This document shows positions 7,326 through 11,344 of a stretch of DNA of 11,344 nucleotides, one piece after another (position 1 is the first letter of the stretch; each line of letters begins with the position of its first letter). Below the pieces are notes generated by a model. It was not told where the DNA came from. It did not search any database and saw nothing but the letters and a program-made list of their open reading frames with translations. Origin of the DNA: Vulcanimicrobiota bacterium (lineage in GTDB: Bacteria > Vulcanimicrobiota > Vulcanimicrobiia > Vulcanimicrobiales > Vulcanimicrobiaceae); the NCBI GenBank assembly GCA_003135555.1, contig PLCF01000046.1:1-11344 (forward strand), given 5' to 3'. The translations under genes and the position numbers were made by a program.

Positions 7326-8573
7326 GTGTCAACAAGTACTCGTTTCGACGGGCAGGTTCGGTGGATGCATAAAGCGCGGCTATATCCGACGTGCGCCCAG
7401 GATCGAAGGCTCGTCGAAATGCTCCGTACGACTTGTGAGCTATACAACGCCCTACTACAACAGCGTCGTGATTTGTGGACGACGCGGCGCGCGTCGATCT
7501 GGTCTTCGGTACAACATCGACAAATCACCGAGTTGCGCTCGTTCGAACCCCGCTTCGCCCGCGTCTACCGCGAATGCGAAGACGCCGTACTGCGTCGCCT
7601 CGATCAGTCGTTTGCCGCATTTTTTCGGCGGCTCAAACGCGGCGAGACCCCAGGCTATCCCCGTTTCAAGGCGATATCCCGCTGGAGCCAGCTCCAGTTT
7701 CCGCACGCCGACCGGGCGCTGCGGCTCAAGGATCAGCAGCGACGTGTCGTCATTCCAGGCGTGGGCGGGATCCGAATGCGCAAGGGGCGCCGGATCCCGC
7801 AGACCTTCGGCCGCGCTTTTCTAACCACGAAGAATGGTAGATGGTATATCACCTTTGAGTGCCACCGCGCGATCGAGGCGATGCCGGCGACGAACCGCCG
7901 CGTCGGTATCGACCGCGGTGTCCGGGCTCTCGCAGCGACCTCAGATGGAGCGCTGATTGCAAACCCAAGGCACGCCGACCGATTGCGCTCAAAGGTGGCG
8001 AGACATGCGCGGAAGCTCGAGGTTCGCTCGGCCCGCGATCCCGCCGGGCGCGTTACGAACCGCCGCGATCCGCTCCGAGCGGCGGCGGCCCGGCGTCTTG
8101 CGCGGGCCAAGGAGCGAGAGGGCAATGCGCGCCGTGACTGGCTGCACAAGGTCAGCCGTCACATTGTCGACCAATACGATCTCATCGCCCTCGAAGATCT
8201 CTCGCTCGGCGTCATGACCCGTTCGGTGCGAGGCACGGTCAACCAGCCCGGACGTAACGTTGCGGCGAAGTCGGGATTGAATCGGGCGCTCCTTGACGCT
8301 GGGATCGGAATGCTGGGGACGTTGATCCGCGAGAAAGCAGAATATGCTGCTCGCATCGTGATCCGCGTCGACCCACAATATTCCTCGCAGACGTGCGCCG
8401 CATGCGGTCACGTCGCGAAGGAAAGTCGGAAGGCGGCACGGTTTCGTTGCGTCAACTGCGGTCATGAGGCCGATGCGGACGTTAACGCGGCGCGCGTCAT
8501 CCTTCTGCGGGCGGAGTCGCCGCCCAGGAGGGCACGGTCAACGATCGCGTCAGGTAGCAAAATGCGCGCCTGA
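7326..8573 (+). CDS. tnpB: RNA-guided endonuclease TnpB (IS200/IS605/IS1341-type)
   Basis: N-terminal KARLYPT...ELYNALL, GYPRFK, RuvC-I VGIDRG, RuvC-II IALEDL, SGLNRALLD, YSSQTCAACGH...CVNCGH zinc ribbon, RuvC-III DADVNAARVI. Start uncertain: GTG 7326 (leaderless) or ATG 7365. Confidence 0.93.
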   Translation: MSTSTRFDGQVRWMHKARLYPTCAQDRRLVEMLRTTCELYNALLQQRRDLWTTRRASIWSSVQHRQITELRSFEPRFARVYRECEDAVLRRLDQSFAAFFRRLKRGETPGYPRFKAISRWSQLQFPHADRALRLKDQQRRVVIPGVGGIRMRKGRRIPQTFGRAFLTTKNGRWYITFECHRAIEAMPATNRRVGIDRGVRALAATSDGALIANPRHADRLRSKVARHARKLEVRSARDPAGRVTNRRDPLRAAAARRLARAKEREGNARRDWLHKVSRHIVDQYDLIALEDLSLGVMTRSVRGTVNQPGRNVAAKSGLNRALLDAGIGMLGTLIREKAEYAARIVIRVDPQYSSQTCAACGHVAKESRKAARFRCVNCGHEADADVNAARVILLRAESPPRRARSTIASGSKMRA

Positions 8574-8665
8574 CACGCCCACGACGAAACGCGACTCTAT
8601 CACCTTAGGGTGAGGTTCTCCCTTGACCGGGCAGAGCGACTAGCACCGGACGCGCCCCGCTCCGC
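8507..8665 (+). ncRNA. Putative TnpB omega RNA (scaffold plus guide) overlapping the tnpB 3' end
   Basis: Position at the tnpB 3' end. Hairpin GGGCGG/CCGCCC 8509-8525, long stem CGGTCAA 8535-8541/TTGACCG 8623-8629, inner stems GTCAGG/CCTGAC and TCACC/GGTGA. Boundaries are approximate. Confidence 0.55.
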
Positions 8666-8680
8666 CGCACTCTTGACCTG

Positions 8681-9751
8681 TTATGCGAACTTCGAGACCT
8701 CAATCGGATCACGCCCCGCCATCGAGTGTAGCGACGTTAGCTCCGCATGACACCTCTCCTTGGCCTCCTGCAATAACATATCGTAAGTCCACATCGTTGT
8801 ATCGGAGCGTTTGCTGCTCTCCATTTGTTCTCGGTGTTGAAGATGCTCGCCTTGAACGACCAAGCGGTCCTTTTCGCCACCTAAGAATGTGAGGTCGCCA
8901 CCCCGATTCGCCGGGTAATCATCGATAAACTCAACCCAACTGCGAATCTGCTCACGGGCATGATTTGCATTCGCCGTATACTCGCCATTCTGTTTAAAGA
9001 GCGGAAGATGTGGACTTTCCAGCTCAATCAAGAGCGCGGGCATCCCGGTTTCGCGCTCAAGGATGAAGTCCGCTACCTTCCTCTCTTCACCGCGCGTTAG
9101 AGTAACCTCGAAAAAGCAGCGCTTGTGTGCTGGGAGCATTACTCTGCGGTGACCATCTAGAAATCGATGAATGCGCCTCTCCAGGAAAGACTTTCTTCGA
9201 ATCAGCCCTGAGAACCGGTTGAAGATCTGCTGCATTTGATGGTGGGCGGACTCACCGTCACGATCCAGCCCGAACTCCGCACGCTGCCACGCGTTAAGCG
9301 CTGATTCTCCGGCCGCGTCCAGCGACAAAAATCGTTCGAGCGTCTCATCATTCGAAACCGCGCCGAGAAGGCCGGGCGGCGCAAATACCGGCGCAGTGAA
9401 CGGATCGCCCTGCTTGACCACCCGAGGATCACCAATCCAAATACCACTGTTCACAAAGGGATACGTCAGTTGAAGTGGGATTGGACTTGTCGCGGCTCCA
9501 TACTCAACCTGGCTACGGATCTCTACTGTCTCGATCTCGTCACCCTTAAGATCTCCGTCAGGAATCGCGCGAATCGTGAACACCTTTGCATCAACAATGT
9601 AGCCGATCGTGATTTTGCGATGAACTAAGAACCACGACGGTAGCTCGCTGACCTTTGATTCTCGAGAATGACAGAGACGATCGACATCGTCGTCTAGTTT
9701 CTTGAAATATGCAGCGGCCAATTCGGTAACGCGCGCGAAATCAACAGTCAT
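8681..9751 (-). CDS. Shedu (SduA)-like anti-phage nuclease: C-terminal DUF4263-like domain plus unknown N-terminal domain (356 aa)
   Basis: ERRIHRFL...ADFIL...LLIELESP...LF...AREQIRSWVEFI...LVVQG...TYDMLL pattern typical of DUF4263. Lower GC than the flanks. Confidence 0.75.
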   Translation of the reverse strand: MTVDFARVTELAAAYFKKLDDDVDRLCHSRESKVSELPSWFLVHRKITIGYIVDAKVFTIRAIPDGDLKGDEIETVEIRSQVEYGAATSPIPLQLTYPFVNSGIWIGDPRVVKQGDPFTAPVFAPPGLLGAVSNDETLERFLSLDAAGESALNAWQRAEFGLDRDGESAHHQMQQIFNRFSGLIRRKSFLERRIHRFLDGHRRVMLPAHKRCFFEVTLTRGEERKVADFILERETGMPALLIELESPHLPLFKQNGEYTANANHAREQIRSWVEFIDDYPANRGGDLTFLGGEKDRLVVQGEHLQHREQMESSKRSDTTMWTYDMLLQEAKERCHAELTSLHSMAGRDPIEVSKFA

Positions 9752-9765
9752 ATGATCGTACTATA

Positions 9766-9780
9766 GGAAACACAACACGG
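9766..9780 (+). repeat. Direct repeat copy 2 (GGAAACACAACACGG)
   Basis: 13/15 identical to 7192-7206; lies 4 nt beyond the rel stop codon. Confidence 0.55.
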
Positions 9781-9784
9781 GTCC

Positions 9785-11344
9785 TCAGCTGCTGACGCGA
9801 GCCTCGCGTTTGGTTACGCGCCAGACGTTGCGCACGTCTTTGATCGCTTTGAGCTTATGCAAAAGCTTTTGAAGATGCTCGAGATCGCTGATCTGTGCCG
9901 TCAGCGAGATCAGCGCGCTCTTGTCGCGTTTCGCGCGCGCGTTGACCGAGCTGATCTGCGTCTTGAGCTCGGCCGCGACGCCGAGCACGTCTTGGAGCAG
10001 CCCGGAGCGATCGTTAGCCTCGATCTCGATGTCGACGGCGTGCTGCAGCTTCGAGGCGTCGAGCCACTCCGCTTCGAGGATCCGCTCGGGCGCCTCGTTC
10101 ATGTAGGCGGTGTTCGGGCAGTCGGCGCGATGGACCGAGACGCCGCGCCCGATCGTGACGAACCCCATGATCGGATCGCCGGGGACGGGGCTGCAGCACT
10201 TGGAGAGGCGCACGAGCACGTCGTCGACGCCGGCGATGCGGATGCCGCTGGAGTTGCGCGCAACGCGGCGGGTCGTCGCCGGCCGCGGCAGCGCGGCGAT
10301 CTCGACGACGTTGTCGGCCTTGGACTCCTCGCGCAAGCGCTGCACGACGTGCGAGGCGTTCACGTCGCCGAAGCCGATCGCGGCGAACAGGTCGGTCGCG
10401 CTATGGTAGTTGAGCTTGTGCGCGATCTTGCCGATGACGTCGCCGCGCGCGACGTCGACGCGCAGCCCGGCGCGCGCGAGCTCCTGCTCGACCGCCTCCT
10501 GGCCGCGCAAGGTGTTCTCTTCCTTTTTCTCTTTGCGGAACCACTGCTTGATCTTGTGCTTAGCCCCGCTGGTCTTGACGATCGAGAGCCAGTCCAGCGA
10601 GGGGCGCGATGACTTGTTGGTGAGGATCTCGACGATGTCGCCGTTCTTGATGTGCGAGTCCAGCGGGACGATCTTGCCGTTGACCTTCGCACCGACGCAA
10701 TGGTGGCCGACATCGGTGTGCACTTGGTAGGCGAAGTCCAGCGGCGTCGCGGTGGCCGGCATCGAAAACACGTCGCCCTTGGGCGAGAAGATGAACACCT
10801 GCGTATCGAACAGGTCGAGCTTGAGATTTTCCATGAACACGCGCGAGTCGCGCATGTCGTTTTGCCACTCCAGCAGGGAGCGCAGCCAGGTCAGCTTCTG
10901 ACCGGCCTCGTCGTTCTTGGCGCCCTCCTTGTAGCGCCAATGCGCCGCGACGCCATACTCCGACGTGCGGTGCATCTCCCAGGTGCGGATCTGCACCTCG
11001 AGCGGATCGCCGCCGGGCCCCACGACGGTGGTGTGCAGCGACTGGTACATGTTGGGCTTGGGCATCGCGATGTAGTCTTTGAAACGGCCCGGGAGCGGCT
11101 TCCACATCGCGTGCACCACCCCGAGCGCACCGTAGCAGTCTTTGACCGAGTCGACGATGATGCGCACGGCCGTGAGGTCGTAGATCGTCGAGAAATCGCG
11201 GCCCTTGAGCATCTTCTTGTGGATGGAGTAGAAGTGCTTGGGGCGCCCGGTCGTATCGGCGGTGACGCCGACCTTCTCGAACTCCGCCTTGAGGTCGGCG
11301 ATCACCAGCGCGACCGCGTCCTCGCGCTCCACGCGCTTCTTCGC
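9785..11344 (-). CDS. rel: Bifunctional (p)ppGpp synthetase/hydrolase Rel (RelA/SpoT), 5'-truncated by the window
   Basis: Synthetase motifs GRPKHFYSIHKKM, YDLTAVRI, RFKDYI (RXKD type), YQSLHT, EVQIRT; TGS (TPLDFAYQVHT...GAKVNG); zinc finger (KCCSPVPGD...HRADC); ACT (DRSGLLQDV). The frame is open to the window edge. Confidence 0.97.
   Translation of the reverse strand, partial: AKKRVEREDAVALVIADLKAEFEKVGVTADTTGRPKHFYSIHKKMLKGRDFSTIYDLTAVRIIVDSVKDCYGALGVVHAMWKPLPGRFKDYIAMPKPNMYQSLHTTVVGPGGDPLEVQIRTWEMHRTSEYGVAAHWRYKEGAKNDEAGQKLTWLRSLLEWQNDMRDSRVFMENLKLDLFDTQVFIFSPKGDVFSMPATATPLDFAYQVHTDVGHHCVGAKVNGKIVPLDSHIKNGDIVEILTNKSSRPSLDWLSIVKTSGAKHKIKQWFRKEKKEENTLRGQEAVEQELARAGLRVDVARGDVIGKIAHKLNYHSATDLFAAIGFGDVNASHVVQRLREESKADNVVEIAALPRPATTRRVARNSSGIRIAGVDDVLVRLSKCCSPVPGDPIMGFVTIGRGVSVHRADCPNTAYMNEAPERILEAEWLDASKLQHAVDIEIEANDRSGLLQDVLGVAAELKTQISSVNARAKRDKSALISLTAQISDLEHLQKLLHKLKAIKDVRNVWRVTKREARVSS

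Noticed and set aside
8581..8680. Mini CRISPR array (CTTGACC twice, GCGACT twice) and TTAGGGTGAGG resembling the M-box start
   Set aside because: Repeats are only 6-7 nt with no array structure; better explained by RNA pairing or chance.
9857..11130. Alternative ORFs overlapping rel
   Set aside because: Shadow frames of a conserved core gene.

Overview
GC-rich bacterial chromosomal window. The Pro/Ser-linker secreted protein and Uma2 style suggest Eremiobacterota/Vulcanimicrobiota, but that is inference only. Left to right: rpsF (minus) with a promoter and an S6:S18 leader; a divergent RND efflux permease with no partner genes nearby; and a well-conserved M-box (ykoK) Mg2+ riboswitch with a terminator. 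The riboswitch precedes a small ORF (possibly two) and a 654-aa secreted, probably outer-membrane beta-barrel protein, not a known Mg2+ transporter. A nuclease-rich accessory block follows, downstream of the 3' part of rel (RelA/SpoT): a Uma2 endonuclease, a catalytically intact TnpB with no TnpA and a structured omega-RNA-like 3' region, and a lower-GC Shedu/DUF4263-like nuclease. A 13/15 direct repeat brackets the tnpB+Shedu segment. The best candidates for novelty are the Mg2+-repressed putative porin operon and the repeat-bounded TnpB/Shedu cassette.
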